Part shown: positions 1 through 8,633 of the stretch, one piece after another
How positions within the stretch are numbered: position 1 is the first letter of the stretch
How the letters are laid out: every line of letters starts with the position of its first letter
Origin: Candidatus Methanosuratincola mesotaenarum
GTDB taxonomy: Archaea > Thermoproteota > Methanomethylicia > Methanomethylicales > Methanomethylicaceae
DNA length: 64,000 nt
Reading direction: 5' to 3'
NCBI GenBank assembly: GCA_038801705.1
Contig: JAULTC010000001.1
Span: forward strand, 369,214-433,213
Notes under the pieces: generated by a model
Told to the model about the DNA's origin: nothing
The model's database searches: none
The model's input: the letters and a program-made list of their open reading frames with translations, nothing else
Position numbers and translations under genes: made by a program

Positions 1-62
1 TTGAGAATGCTAGAATCAAGAGCGGATCAAAGGAATCCTAGGCATCTGCAGATGGGCTAGAC

Positions 63-275
63 GTGAGTATCCTTTTGGCGCTGCCAGATCATCTGAGGAA
101 GACGATGCTGGCGCTTGCCAAGTTGGTTGAAGCCCGTGCAGACGAGGTGGCAGAGATAACCCAGAGGACCAGGGCGATCGAGAGCGGCTATCTTAACCAA
201 CTCGTCAGGTTGGGCTACGTCAAGAAGATACGCAGGAAGCACCACCCTTCATTAATCGTGAAGTATATCGAATGA
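63..275 (+). CDS. Small winged-HTH-like DNA-binding protein (possible fragment)
   Basis: 70-aa ORF; helix-rich basic C-terminus (…GYLNQLVRLGYVKKIRR) resembles a wHTH recognition helix. Sits immediately upstream of a ParA-like remnant. No homology search was possible. Confidence 0.3.
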   Translation: MSILLALPDHLRKTMLALAKLVEARADEVAEITQRTRAIESGYLNQLVRLGYVKKIRRKHHPSLIVKYIE

Positions 276-500
276 TTATGAAGAAATTCGTCGCTATACA
301 CTCTTTCAAGGGGGGGGACCGGCAAGAGCTACTTGGCAGCAAACCTTGCGACCATATATGCGCTCCAAGGGAAGAAGGCGTGCATCCTAGACATGGACTT
401 TAGGGCGCCCACTCAGCACATCGTCTTCGAGCCGAAGGGCATAAAGCAGTGGCTAACTCGCGGTGATCGAAGGAATCCTCTCGTTCAGCATATCTTTTAG
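272..500 (+). pseudogene. ParA/MinD-family ATPase remnant (frameshifted and truncated)
   Basis: ATG at 272 gives MIMKKFVAIHSFKGG. A G7 homopolymer at 311-317 then shifts the frame. The +1 frame continues GTGKSYLAANLATIYALQGKKACILDMDF…, a Walker-A KGGxGKS deviant motif, and stops at 498-500. Only about 75 aa survive against roughly 250 aa for full-length MinD/ParA. Confidence 0.6.
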
Positions 501-634
501 GGCTGACTCCACCAGTGGAGCTCAGGATTTTCAAAGGGTCGTTTTTTGTCTATCGGTCATGTAAATTATTTTGTAGCCGGAGTTATAAAAGAAAGACTGG
601 TCAAGTGGATCAGATGCCTAGAACTTCCTCACTT

Positions 635-1636
635 CTATGATCGAAAAGCCCACTTAAGGCTGCTAGATCGGAACAATGAGAGCAAGAGCACTAGCGAGAT
701 CGCTCCCGAGATCATTGTGAAAAAAAAGATCCCGGTGTAAATCCAGCCAAGCGGTGGCAGGCATACGGATGCCAAGGCAAGAGAGGGCCAGTAAGCGTTA
801 TAGAACCAGTGGATGAGGATGGCGCTCTCGAATCCATAGTTCAACGCAGAGAAGCCAAGCATCAAGCCTGCTAAAAAGGCAGTCAGGAACTTGCCCACCC
901 CCACGCCCCAGAGGCTATGTGGGCATACGCAAATACGAGTGACGAGAGTGCGACCAGCGTTGCAAGAAAACCCCGCGGCACGTTTAATCTGTCCTTCCCG
1001 AACTCCTCAATAAAGAACCGCGGTTTGAACAAGGCAAGGAGGGTCCCTTTGATCCCAATTTCGCAGCCGCGGGTCGAAAGGAGCAGGTAGACGGCGGTGG
1101 GGAGAAGCACAGGAAGCATCCTGAAGCCCAGCTCCTCGATTAATACTGAATATGATGAGAGAAAGATAGCCTCAAAGAGGTTATCGAAGGTCACGACCCC
1201 TACAGGCACTCCAAGCGACTCTTCAAAAAAATGGATCGCGTAGAATGAATAAAAAGAAACTGCCTGAGCAGATAAGGGGCATCAAAAGCAGGAAGTTCAT
1301 CCCGAATAAATGCGCCCTGTGATTTAAGAAGTCAAGGGATGATCTGCAGAAATTTGGGGCAGACGCTCCGGAGACTATAAACGCAAAAACGAAGAAGGAC
1401 ATCATGGATAGGAAAATCGGCATGGGACCGAACTGCTCAATGATCCAGGCAGGGACAAAACAAGACCCGAGGCGATCCGTGTTAAGGAGATACTGCCAAC
1501 CATTCGAAGAGCACATGACCCAAATTGAGAAGACTAGAGAAAATAGGTATGTGAACAGTACGAATACTGCCAATAAGTAGTAGGCTCCCTTGAAGAAGCA
1601 AACCGAAGTGCTCCCCTTGCATCCATAAGGAACCAC
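635..1636 (-). pseudogene. CPBP-family (CAAX) intramembrane metalloprotease, split into three frames
   Basis: Three consecutive minus-strand ORFs (1636-1223, 1209-883, 904-635) encode hydrophobic TM segments. The middle one carries the EELGFR motif and the last carries HWFYN (HxxxN), both CPBP hallmarks. The junctions coincide with an A7/T7 run at 1214-1220 and C-runs at 895-905. Confidence 0.55.
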
Positions 1637-1642
1637 ATTGAC

Positions 1643-2554
1643 TCAGAAGTGGATTCTGCCGACCAAGACGCGATTCCGGCTAACATCGGTCATGAACTCG
1701 ACTCCCCTCAGCTTCGGCAGCTTCAGCAGGAAGTCCCGCTCGGTAAGCATACCAATCGGCTTTTCGGATACAACAACCAGCGACCCTATGTTGGACGCTT
1801 TCATCACCTTCACGGCATCGCAGAGGTCTAGGTCAGGGTCCACAGTCTTTGGGTTCATTGTAGCGATCTTTGATATATTAACGCTCAGGAGGTATTCGGA
1901 TAGGCCTTTATCTATGAGAGAGTCGACGTACTGGCTCGCGAGGAACCTGATAATGTCTTTTACTGTGACGATACCCCAGATGTCCAGCCCCTTCGTTATC
2001 GGGATGCGCCTGATATCGTTTTTGATCATCACCCTCATCGCGTCCAAGAGGCTCGATCTGATGTCGAGGGTGACTAGAGGGGCAGACATGATCTCCGAGA
2101 CCCTAACGAACATTTGCTGGGCATCAAAGAGACTGAAAAGGTGTCGCTCGGAAAGCACCCCCCAGATCGTGCCGTCCTCGTTCATAAGCGGGAGTACCCC
2201 TATATCATGCTTGGCCATTATGGACATCAGCTCTGGGAGTGTGGAGGAGACCTTCCCGAGGATCGGTCTCCTGTTGACAATTGGTGCAATCGGTGAGGCG
2301 AGTACGGACTGGATGCTCCTCCCCGAAACGGCAAAAACTGAGGCGAATTTGTCCCCGCCTCCCAAGAAGTTCAGCAGGTCCTTTGCGGAAACTAGCCCAG
2401 TCAACTGTACTCCGTCCTCGGAGACGATGGCATGCCTGACGCTCTTCTCATTCATCTGCTTAAGGGCATCCATCACCGATGCGTTCTCGGAGAGCACGAC
2501 TGCCGGAGGGTGACGTGCGATCGTGGCTGCGGGGAAACAGCTCATCAGTACCAC
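1643..2554 (-). CDS. CBS-domain protein (tandem CBS pairs)
   Basis: 303 aa with a repeated CBS-like pattern (…VMDALKQM…, …VSEIMSAPLVTLD…, …ISKIATMNPKTVDPD…). The plus-strand ORF 1638-2513 is its shadow. The true start may be an internal Met. Confidence 0.7.
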   Translation of the reverse strand: MVLMSCFPAATIARHPPAVVLSENASVMDALKQMNEKSVRHAIVSEDGVQLTGLVSAKDLLNFLGGGDKFASVFAVSGRSIQSVLASPIAPIVNRRPILGKVSSTLPELMSIMAKHDIGVLPLMNEDGTIWGVLSERHLFSLFDAQQMFVRVSEIMSAPLVTLDIRSSLLDAMRVMIKNDIRRIPITKGLDIWGIVTVKDIIRFLASQYVDSLIDKGLSEYLLSVNISKIATMNPKTVDPDLDLCDAVKVMKASNIGSLVVVSEKPIGMLTERDFLLKLPKLRGVEFMTDVSRNRVLVGRIHF

Positions 2555-2586
2555 TGTCGATTTATTGGGGCAGGTTAAAGTTAAAG

Positions 2587-3570
2587 TTGTTGGTGAAGAG
2601 ATCCTTGTTTCTCATCGTATACGACATCAATGCCAAGAGGGATCCTCACGGGATCAGGATCAGGCTTGTCAGGGCGCTGAGGAGGGCTGGGGCGCTCCAG
2701 ATCCAGAGGTCGGTCTGGATAACAGAGTCGATCACAACGGATCTCTCTAGGATCGTCGATGAATTCAGGAGGGCGGGCGGGAAGGTAAAGCTCTCGGAGT
2801 GGCTCCCGAGATCCCTTGGGGAGGTTTCTTCGGCTGAAGGTCAGATGAGAAAGCTAATCCTTGCAGTGAACGGGGCAGAGCCCCTCATAGAGAAGTGGCA
2901 TGTGAAGCTCGGCAAGATCTTTGAAGGGATCGGCTACACCGTCGAAGTCAAGCCGGTGAGCTGGAGTGCAATGGTTGAATATTCGAAGTTGACCGGCGAG
3001 AGATCGGACTGCCTTTCAATGGAAAAGAGCACCAGCAGACTGCTCGACGAGATTGTCTTGGACGACTTGGATGCACTCGTGATCCTCAACTCGGGGAGGA
3101 CGTCCCAGAGTGGCATAATCTACGTAGCCCAGACCCTGTTCAATACGAAGGTTTTAAAGAACATGACTTCCCTTCCGGTGATTCAGGTAGAGAGCCTAGG
3201 CAAACCGGACTCGGCAGTGGTAGTCTGGAACGACTCCGGGAGGCGCCTCGCTGAGGAGATGAGAGAGCTGCCGATGCCAGTAGTCACCCCGAGCACCGAG
3301 TTTAGAAAGGTCACCGTCAATGGCACCAGGGAGATCAGGCAGATCCAGTACGCTGAAGTGGGGGATCTGATAATCGTGAATGGAAAGAAGGTGGGGGAGT
3401 GCCTCTCGGACAAGGTCTACGTGGTAGCAGAGGGCGGGAGCATAGTCGATATTATGGGAGGCAGGCTTTTTAGGATCGGCAGAAGGCTGAAGCTTGGCTC
3501 TCTAAGAGAGGCGATAATAAAGACGGTTCCGAAGGATGCCAAAAGGCAAAAAGATCGGTCGGCAGAATGA
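2587..3570 (+). CDS. Cas2-like N-terminal domain fused to an unknown C-terminal domain of about 270 aa
   Basis: The N-terminus LFLIVYDINAKRDPHGIRIRLVRALRRAGALQIQRSVWI matches the Cas2 signature (lvlvvYDi…r…v…L…G.rvQ.SVf). The ORF runs uninterrupted to 3570. The start is probably a TTG or GTG at about 2587-2593, because the annotated upstream ATG overlaps the CBS gene. Confidence 0.45.
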   Translation: MLVKRSLFLIVYDINAKRDPHGIRIRLVRALRRAGALQIQRSVWITESITTDLSRIVDEFRRAGGKVKLSEWLPRSLGEVSSAEGQMRKLILAVNGAEPLIEKWHVKLGKIFEGIGYTVEVKPVSWSAMVEYSKLTGERSDCLSMEKSTSRLLDEIVLDDLDALVILNSGRTSQSGIIYVAQTLFNTKVLKNMTSLPVIQVESLGKPDSAVVVWNDSGRRLAEEMRELPMPVVTPSTEFRKVTVNGTREIRQIQYAEVGDLIIVNGKKVGECLSDKVYVVAEGGSIVDIMGGRLFRIGRRLKLGSLREAIIKTVPKDAKRQKDRSAE

Positions 3571-3645
3571 CTAGTTAAGCGCCGCCCTCGCCGAAGAGGC
3601 GCCAGGCGACGTTTGCCAAGAAAGGAAGAAAGAAAGGATTATGGA

Positions 3646-4323
3646 TCAATTCGTCTTTACCGTTGCCTTCACAGGCGCTGAGAGCTTCCTCCATGCCACA
3701 AAGCCGATCAGCAGCACCAGGATCCCAACCAGGGCGATTCCGCCTATGAATGCCGTTGAAGGAGGCACGTATGATATCCCCTTGGCCTTAAGCCCGACCA
3801 GAGCATCAGAAACCGCGAGGACCGGCACACCTTCAGGGAGTTGGTTCTTGAAGACTGCGAGCGGATTGTCCTGGTTCCAGCCATTATCCAGCAGCAGCTC
3901 AATTGAGGTGGAGTTTATTGCGATGCGGTTGTTGGCGCAGCTCGCGACTACCTTACTGCCAAGAAGTATCCTTGCCGTTTCAGGTTCTACGCTAACAACA
4001 CTGCCGTTCCTTATGATGATCTGTATCGAGGCCGCCGAGGTACCATACCAGCTGTCGAGCGCAGTTATGTTCACATTTGGGTGAGCTGCAACGCTCCTTA
4101 GCATGCAGCCCGGGCAGCATGTCCAGATCCGCTGGCCCGTATCGACGTCTATCATTATAATATTCCTGTCCATCTCAGGCGTTATTAGCATCCCGCAGGC
4201 CTCGCACCTGGGGGTAGCATAGTACTGGAAGTACAGGTACCCCGAGGACCCCATTATTGCAGCTGCAACAATCACTAATAATACAGGCAGAACATAGTTC
4301 TTCACACAATCACCCACATACAA
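3646..4323 (-). CDS. Membrane-anchored Cys-rich protein, possibly a NosL-like metal-binding family member
   Basis: N-terminal TM helix and C-terminal TM helix. CEACGM…WTCCPGCM motifs resemble the NosL family pattern (C.xC.M … FD.iGC). The family call is tentative. Confidence 0.35.
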   Translation of the reverse strand: MYVGDCVKNYVLPVLLVIVAAAIMGSSGYLYFQYYATPRCEACGMLITPEMDRNIIMIDVDTGQRIWTCCPGCMLRSVAAHPNVNITALDSWYGTSAASIQIIIRNGSVVSVEPETARILLGSKVVASCANNRIAINSTSIELLLDNGWNQDNPLAVFKNQLPEGVPVLAVSDALVGLKAKGISYVPPSTAFIGGIALVGILVLLIGFVAWRKLSAPVKATVKTN

Positions 4324-4477
4324 AATGAAAAATGCAACTAATTAAAGAGTTTTGGAATTGAATTCTTAACTAGCTAAACATTCATTAAGATCGAGGAGCT
4401 GATCCTTTGCATCAACCGATGGAAAACCCCTCGAGCCAACTTTTTCTCAGGCGTGAATGTTTGCTCTTTCTTTAGCT

Positions 4478-4759
4478 TCACTCGTCGACCCCTGAAGCTC
4501 CGCTGAAATGCACCAATTCTCTCACGCCATCTAGTAATTCGCCCGCTTCAAGCAGGGCATCCTGATGGCGGACTTTGATCATCCGCCTGCCCTCGCGCAT
4601 ATAGGCAAGATGGAAGTGCCTCTCGATTTTGTCCTTATGGACCGGACTGGACGGCGGGCTATGCCAAGGTTTAATCCTGTCTAGGTAAATAAGCCCCAGT
4701 TTTTCAAATGGCAATGCTGCCCACCCTATTCGCAAACAGCCGATCTGCTCAAGCAGCAC
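4478..4759 (-). CDS. Hypothetical protein (93 aa)
   Basis: ORF only. Last gene of a tight minus-strand triplet that begins with a JAMM protease. Confidence 0.3.
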   Translation of the reverse strand: MLLEQIGCLRIGWAALPFEKLGLIYLDRIKPWHSPPSSPVHKDKIERHFHLAYMREGRRMIKVRHQDALLEAGELLDGVRELVHFSGASGVDE

Positions 4760-4829
4760 ATTGGAGGCGAATAAATAAAGCTGAAGGAGGCGGCCTCAAG
4801 AAAGGTAAACCAGTACTGCATCAGGCCAA

Positions 4830-5843
4830 TTAGCCCAGCATTATCCTGCCCAGTAGAGCTGTTAGCTCGAAGTTGCTGTTGCGGATTCCGGTCTCCACAG
4901 CATTATCAGCAGAGGAGGGTGTTTCGAAGCAGATCCCTCCGATCGCCAAAGAAGCCTTCAGAACAGCATTCTTTTCCTTGCCTGCGTACCTGCCCTTCTT
5001 GACAGTGCAGTCCTCTACGAAGCCCCCCATCTCAAGAAACGTACGGCAGGAATCACGATCATAAGTCATCAGATAGGCGGTGTCAGGATACCTCGAGTCA
5101 GAATAGCTCCTGAGTTTCAGGGAAAGCGACTCTGCAAGGATCTGGTACTCCTCATTCAACTGTACAGGGGTCGAAGACCCGAGCCCGATTTTGGTCGTAA
5201 CAGAATAACCGCTGCCCGTCCTTTTCAAAGACGGGTTGACCCACCCCGAGACGGACATGATGACCCGCATCGACTCATTCCTTATGCTCCAGTCTCCCTC
5301 CAAGATGTACTCTATTGTGGGTACCTCGCCCTTCCGGGCATTAGTCCCAGGGGAGAGCTCTTTGATGTCCAGAACCGCGTCCTTGCAGTAGAGCTGGCAC
5401 ATATAGCTTCCTCTCTCCGGAATGTACAGGATGCTTGGAAGTATGCGATACAGCTCGTACGAGAGCGCGCTGAAGACCTGGTGCAGGGCATGGTCTTTGC
5501 CGTAAAACCTGATGCAGTACTTCCCTCCGCTGTTGTATACGGATCCCCCGGTGACCACCATGCCTAGGAAGAGCCTCTTAAGGTCGCAAGCGTTGAATCT
5601 GCGAGCGACATTCTTGACATAACTGCTTTCGTAGCTCATGAGCGAGCCCAAAACGACCGCTCCTGATATCTGGAGCATTATCGCACCGTATGGAACCTGG
5701 TGTATCTGTGCCCCTGGCCCGCATTCTGAGATCAATTCCCCCTCAATCGAAAAAGTCATCTGGACCGCTTCAACGGCTGCGAATAGGAGCAATGCCAGAC
5801 CAAAGAGACGCGGGATGTGAGCTGCGTTGACCCTCAATCCCAA
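4830..5843 (-). CDS. Hypothetical protein with N-terminal signal/TM segment (337 aa)
   Basis: Hydrophobic N-terminus (LFGLALLLFAAVEAV). Two Gly-rich segments (FLGMVVTGGSVYNSGG…, ILEGDWSIRNES…) are vaguely reminiscent of a degenerate LAGLIDADG fold but carry no acidic catalytic residues. It is only 7 bp downstream of the JAMM gene. Confidence 0.4.
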   Translation of the reverse strand: MGLRVNAAHIPRLFGLALLLFAAVEAVQMTFSIEGELISECGPGAQIHQVPYGAIMLQISGAVVLGSLMSYESSYVKNVARRFNACDLKRLFLGMVVTGGSVYNSGGKYCIRFYGKDHALHQVFSALSYELYRILPSILYIPERGSYMCQLYCKDAVLDIKELSPGTNARKGEVPTIEYILEGDWSIRNESMRVIMSVSGWVNPSLKRTGSGYSVTTKIGLGSSTPVQLNEEYQILAESLSLKLRSYSDSRYPDTAYLMTYDRDSCRTFLEMGGFVEDCTVKKGRYAGKEKNAVLKASLAIGGICFETPSSADNAVETGIRNSNFELTALLGRIMLG

Positions 5844-5850
5844 TACCCGA

Positions 5851-6210
5851 TCAAACTACAGTGAACTCTATCTTAATTCCTTTGCTGTTGTAGGCTGCCA
5901 CGGTCTTTGCATTGTAGGGGTAAGCAGCTATGACCATCAGCCTCCCGTAGAAGTTGTTCAGGTCCTCATCAGACGGGTTATTGTTATCTGAAGGATGGGA
6001 GTGCGCGATCCCGATTATGCTCAGGTCAAAGGGCATCATATGAGTCGGGAAGGACGAGAAGCCCTCGCCATATGTGGAGAACGGTGGTATCAGGAACTCA
6101 TTCACCTCCGCCCGATCCCCCTTCACCTTGCCGCGGATGAGCATTATGTTCTCGCGTGGAAATACTTCCCTGCACAACTCAAGGAATGTCTCGAGGACAT
6201 CCCTGCCCAC
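5851..6210 (-). CDS. JAMM/MPN+ family metalloprotease (JAB domain)
   Basis: 119 aa with the canonical GIAHSHPSDNNNPSDEDL motif (HxHx7Sx2D) and an upstream Glu. Confidence 0.8.
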   Translation of the reverse strand: MGRDVLETFLELCREVFPRENIMLIRGKVKGDRAEVNEFLIPPFSTYGEGFSSFPTHMMPFDLSIIGIAHSHPSDNNNPSDEDLNNFYGRLMVIAAYPYNAKTVAAYNSKGIKIEFTVV

Positions 6211-6237
6211 GACCGCCCCCTTCAGCGCAGCGATAGC

Positions 6238-7674
6238 CTATGCCCCCCTGATCTTCTCAGCCCCCGCAGGGACCCTCTCAAGGGCGCCGAGAGCAATGTA
6301 GGTCAGCGAGGAGACAATCAGGGTCCATAGGTTCATTGGAAGCCCAAGGGGGCTCGCTTTTAAGTAGTAAAGCGCTGCTGCGGTCGCGAACCCAGCTACG
6401 AGGGAGAAAATGGCTGATCGCTTCCCGCCCCTAGACCAGAGGAAACTCCCAAGCACAAGCGGGGCTATCGGCAACAGGAGGGAGGAGGAGAGCACCGAGA
6501 GATCGATTATGAGCCCCGGCCTCGATAGTGAAAAGAGCATGCACGCCGCCGCCAGAGCGAGCATTATCACTCGACCTGCCGCGATCTGCGCCCTCTGGCT
6601 CATGCCAGGACGGAAGGGGACGAACACATCCCTTATTGACATCGAGCTCAAGGTCAGGATCATGCTGTCGATGGTGGAGATCGATGCGGCAATGATGGCA
6701 ACCAGCCCCAAAATGGTGATCCACGGTGGCATCATGCCCAAGAGAGTCGGAGTTACAGAGTCCCTGTACGCTACCAATGGGAATCCCCCTGCTGCCGTAG
6801 CTCCCCTTAGGATGATCCCAAGCATGCACACCATAACTGTGAAGATAAACCCGTAAGCACCGAAAAGCACCACCATGTTCTTCTGGGCTTCCTTACTCTT
6901 GGGCGCAAAAAGCCTCTGCACGACCTGCGGGTTTGTGATTGCGAAGAAGAACCAGGGGATCGTCATGTTTAGGAATGTCTGGGGCGTCCAGTAGCTGTTC
7001 GGCACGTAGCCCAAATCCCCTGAGAGGAACGAGAATGAAGGCAGCCCAACAGCCCAGTTGATCGCCCAGGCGAGGATCGCCACACCCGCTGCGATCATCA
7101 GTACCCCCTGGTAGACGTCTGTCCAGCCTACGCTCCAGACACCAGCCACAACCGACCAGACCAGCGCCAGCAAGACAGCTATTATCACTGCAAGGGCAAA
7201 CGGGATCGCACCTCCTGAGGCCCCCTCGGCTGCTAAAGCGATCCCAATTATCTGTGCCGATGCATACGGTATAAGTGAAACGAGTGATACGAGGGTCACT
7301 CCCATCCCGACCGCCGGGCTGCCGTACCTATCGGTCAGGATTTCTGCCGGGGAAATGTACCCGTACCTGTTGTGTAAGGAGTAGTATCTTGGCGCAAGGT
7401 AATACAGGAGAAAGAGCGTGCCAACGAAGTACACCAGTTCGAACCCCATCGCCCCTATCCCGCTCTGGTAGCTCAGCCCGACCAGACCAATGAACATGAA
7501 TGCGCTGTAAGTGGTCGCCGCGTAAGAGAGAGAGGCCACCACAGACCCGAACCGCCCCCCAGCAGTGTAGAAGTCTTTTACGTCCCTCCTGAGCCTCTTC
7601 TTCGCAAACCACGCTATCGCGGTCCCGGCGGTGATGTAGATTGCTATCGCCAAGTATGCAAAGGAACCCTCCAT
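6238..7674 (-). CDS. Sodium:solute symporter (SSS family)
   Basis: 478 aa polytopic membrane protein with typical SSS-family composition and length. Confidence 0.75.
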   Translation of the reverse strand: MEGSFAYLAIAIYITAGTAIAWFAKKRLRRDVKDFYTAGGRFGSVVASLSYAATTYSAFMFIGLVGLSYQSGIGAMGFELVYFVGTLFLLYYLAPRYYSLHNRYGYISPAEILTDRYGSPAVGMGVTLVSLVSLIPYASAQIIGIALAAEGASGGAIPFALAVIIAVLLALVWSVVAGVWSVGWTDVYQGVLMIAAGVAILAWAINWAVGLPSFSFLSGDLGYVPNSYWTPQTFLNMTIPWFFFAITNPQVVQRLFAPKSKEAQKNMVVLFGAYGFIFTVMVCMLGIILRGATAAGGFPLVAYRDSVTPTLLGMMPPWITILGLVAIIAASISTIDSMILTLSSMSIRDVFVPFRPGMSQRAQIAAGRVIMLALAAACMLFSLSRPGLIIDLSVLSSSLLLPIAPLVLGSFLWSRGGKRSAIFSLVAGFATAAALYYLKASPLGLPMNLWTLIVSSLTYIALGALERVPAGAEKIRGA

Positions 7675-7675
7675 T

Positions 7676-7840
7676 CTACACCCTCCTGAGCTCCAGCCAG
7701 ACCGAGAACAGATATGCTGCCGAAACGACCATCCAGAAGATAGCCGTGTAGGGCCCCTCGACCCCGCCCAGCAGAGTGAATGGCACCAGGTACATTAAAA
7801 GGATCACAGCCAGCGATACTGCGAGGAACCTTATTCTCAT
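7676..7840 (-). CDS. Small membrane protein (about 55 aa), likely the SSS-transporter small subunit (DUF3311-like)
   Basis: My own translation of the minus strand gives MRIRFLAVSLAVILLMYLVPFTLLGGVEGPYTAIFWMVVSAAYLFSVWLELRRV. Its stop abuts the symporter start. It is below the 60-aa cutoff of the ORF track. Confidence 0.5.
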   Translation of the reverse strand: MRIRFLAVSLAVILLMYLVPFTLLGGVEGPYTAIFWMVVSAAYLFSVWLELRRV

Positions 7841-8141
7841 GAGTTACTGGGAAAAGGTTTTTTTGTAATAAAGGTTTTCTTTGGTACAACGACAAACAAA
7901 CTGCGTCTGCGGGTCAAACCTGAAGGCTCCAAGTAAGGATGATGCTTAGACACACTGCGAGGACCACGATCCTTGTCGAGCCTGGCAGCAGGCACAGTCA
8001 CCACATTTTCGTTGCGCTCTAATTTACGAAACCAGTTGCGTGATCCTCTCTGCGTCGGTCGGCAGCTTGATGCGGGTTGCCTCCCTGAAGGTCGGGGTTC
8101 CTGCCGAACAAGTTAAAAACATCTGGGACATAACTCTCCTC

Positions 8142-8633
8142 ATGGATAAGAGAATACTGTGGGCGCCCTGGCGAGGAGAGTTTGTAGCAGGGGCAAAGAA
8201 GGAGGGGTGCATCTTCTGCCTGAAGGGTTCAGAAGATGATATGGCGTCGCTGATATTCGAGAGGAGAGGAAAGGTCTTTGGCATGCTCAACAGGTTTCCA
8301 TACAACACCGGCCACATAATGATCTCCCCATACAGGCACATCACTAGCATCGAAGATCTTCAGAAGGAAGAGGCTGATGACATCTTCGCATTGATGAAGG
8401 ACTCAATTGCTGTCCTGAAGATGGAGATGGGCCCCGAGGGGTTCAACATAGGGTTCAATGTCGGCAAGGTAGCAGGCGCCGGATTCGAACACTTGCATAT
8501 GCATATAGTGCCGCGGTGGACAGGGGACACCAATTTTATGCCGGTCCTTGCGTCCACCAAGGTGATGCCGGAGCATCTCCTCAAGACTATGGAGAGGATC
8601 AAGGAAGGGTTCAGAAGATTAAACCGAGGATAA
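8142..8633 (+). CDS. HIT-family (histidine triad) nucleotide hydrolase/transferase
   Basis: HLHMHIVPR histidine-triad motif. The start is placed at [14 protein letters not shown]; the longer upstream extension is probably spurious. Confidence 0.75.
   Translation: MDKRILWAPWRGEFVAGAKKEGCIFCLKGSEDDMASLIFERRGKVFGMLNRFPYNTGHIMISPYRHITSIEDLQKEEADDIFALMKDSIAVLKMEMGPEGFNIGFNVGKVAGAGFEHLHMHIVPRWTGDTNFMPVLASTKVMPEHLLKTMERIKEGFRRLNRG

Noticed and set aside
1638-2513. 291-aa plus-strand ORF overlapping the CBS gene
   Set aside because: It is a low-complexity, Ser/Thr-rich shadow ORF on the opposite strand of a well-supported CBS-domain gene, with no motifs.
3641-4084. 147-aa plus-strand ORF inside the NosL-like membrane protein gene
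   Set aside because: Antisense shadow of the minus-strand gene 3646-4323, which has coherent TM and metal-motif features.
4830-5843. Calling the 337-aa protein a LAGLIDADG homing endonuclease
   Set aside because: Two Gly-rich blocks resemble the LAGLIDADG helices only loosely and lack the catalytic acidic residues. The protein also has a secretion/TM signal. It is listed only as hypothetical.
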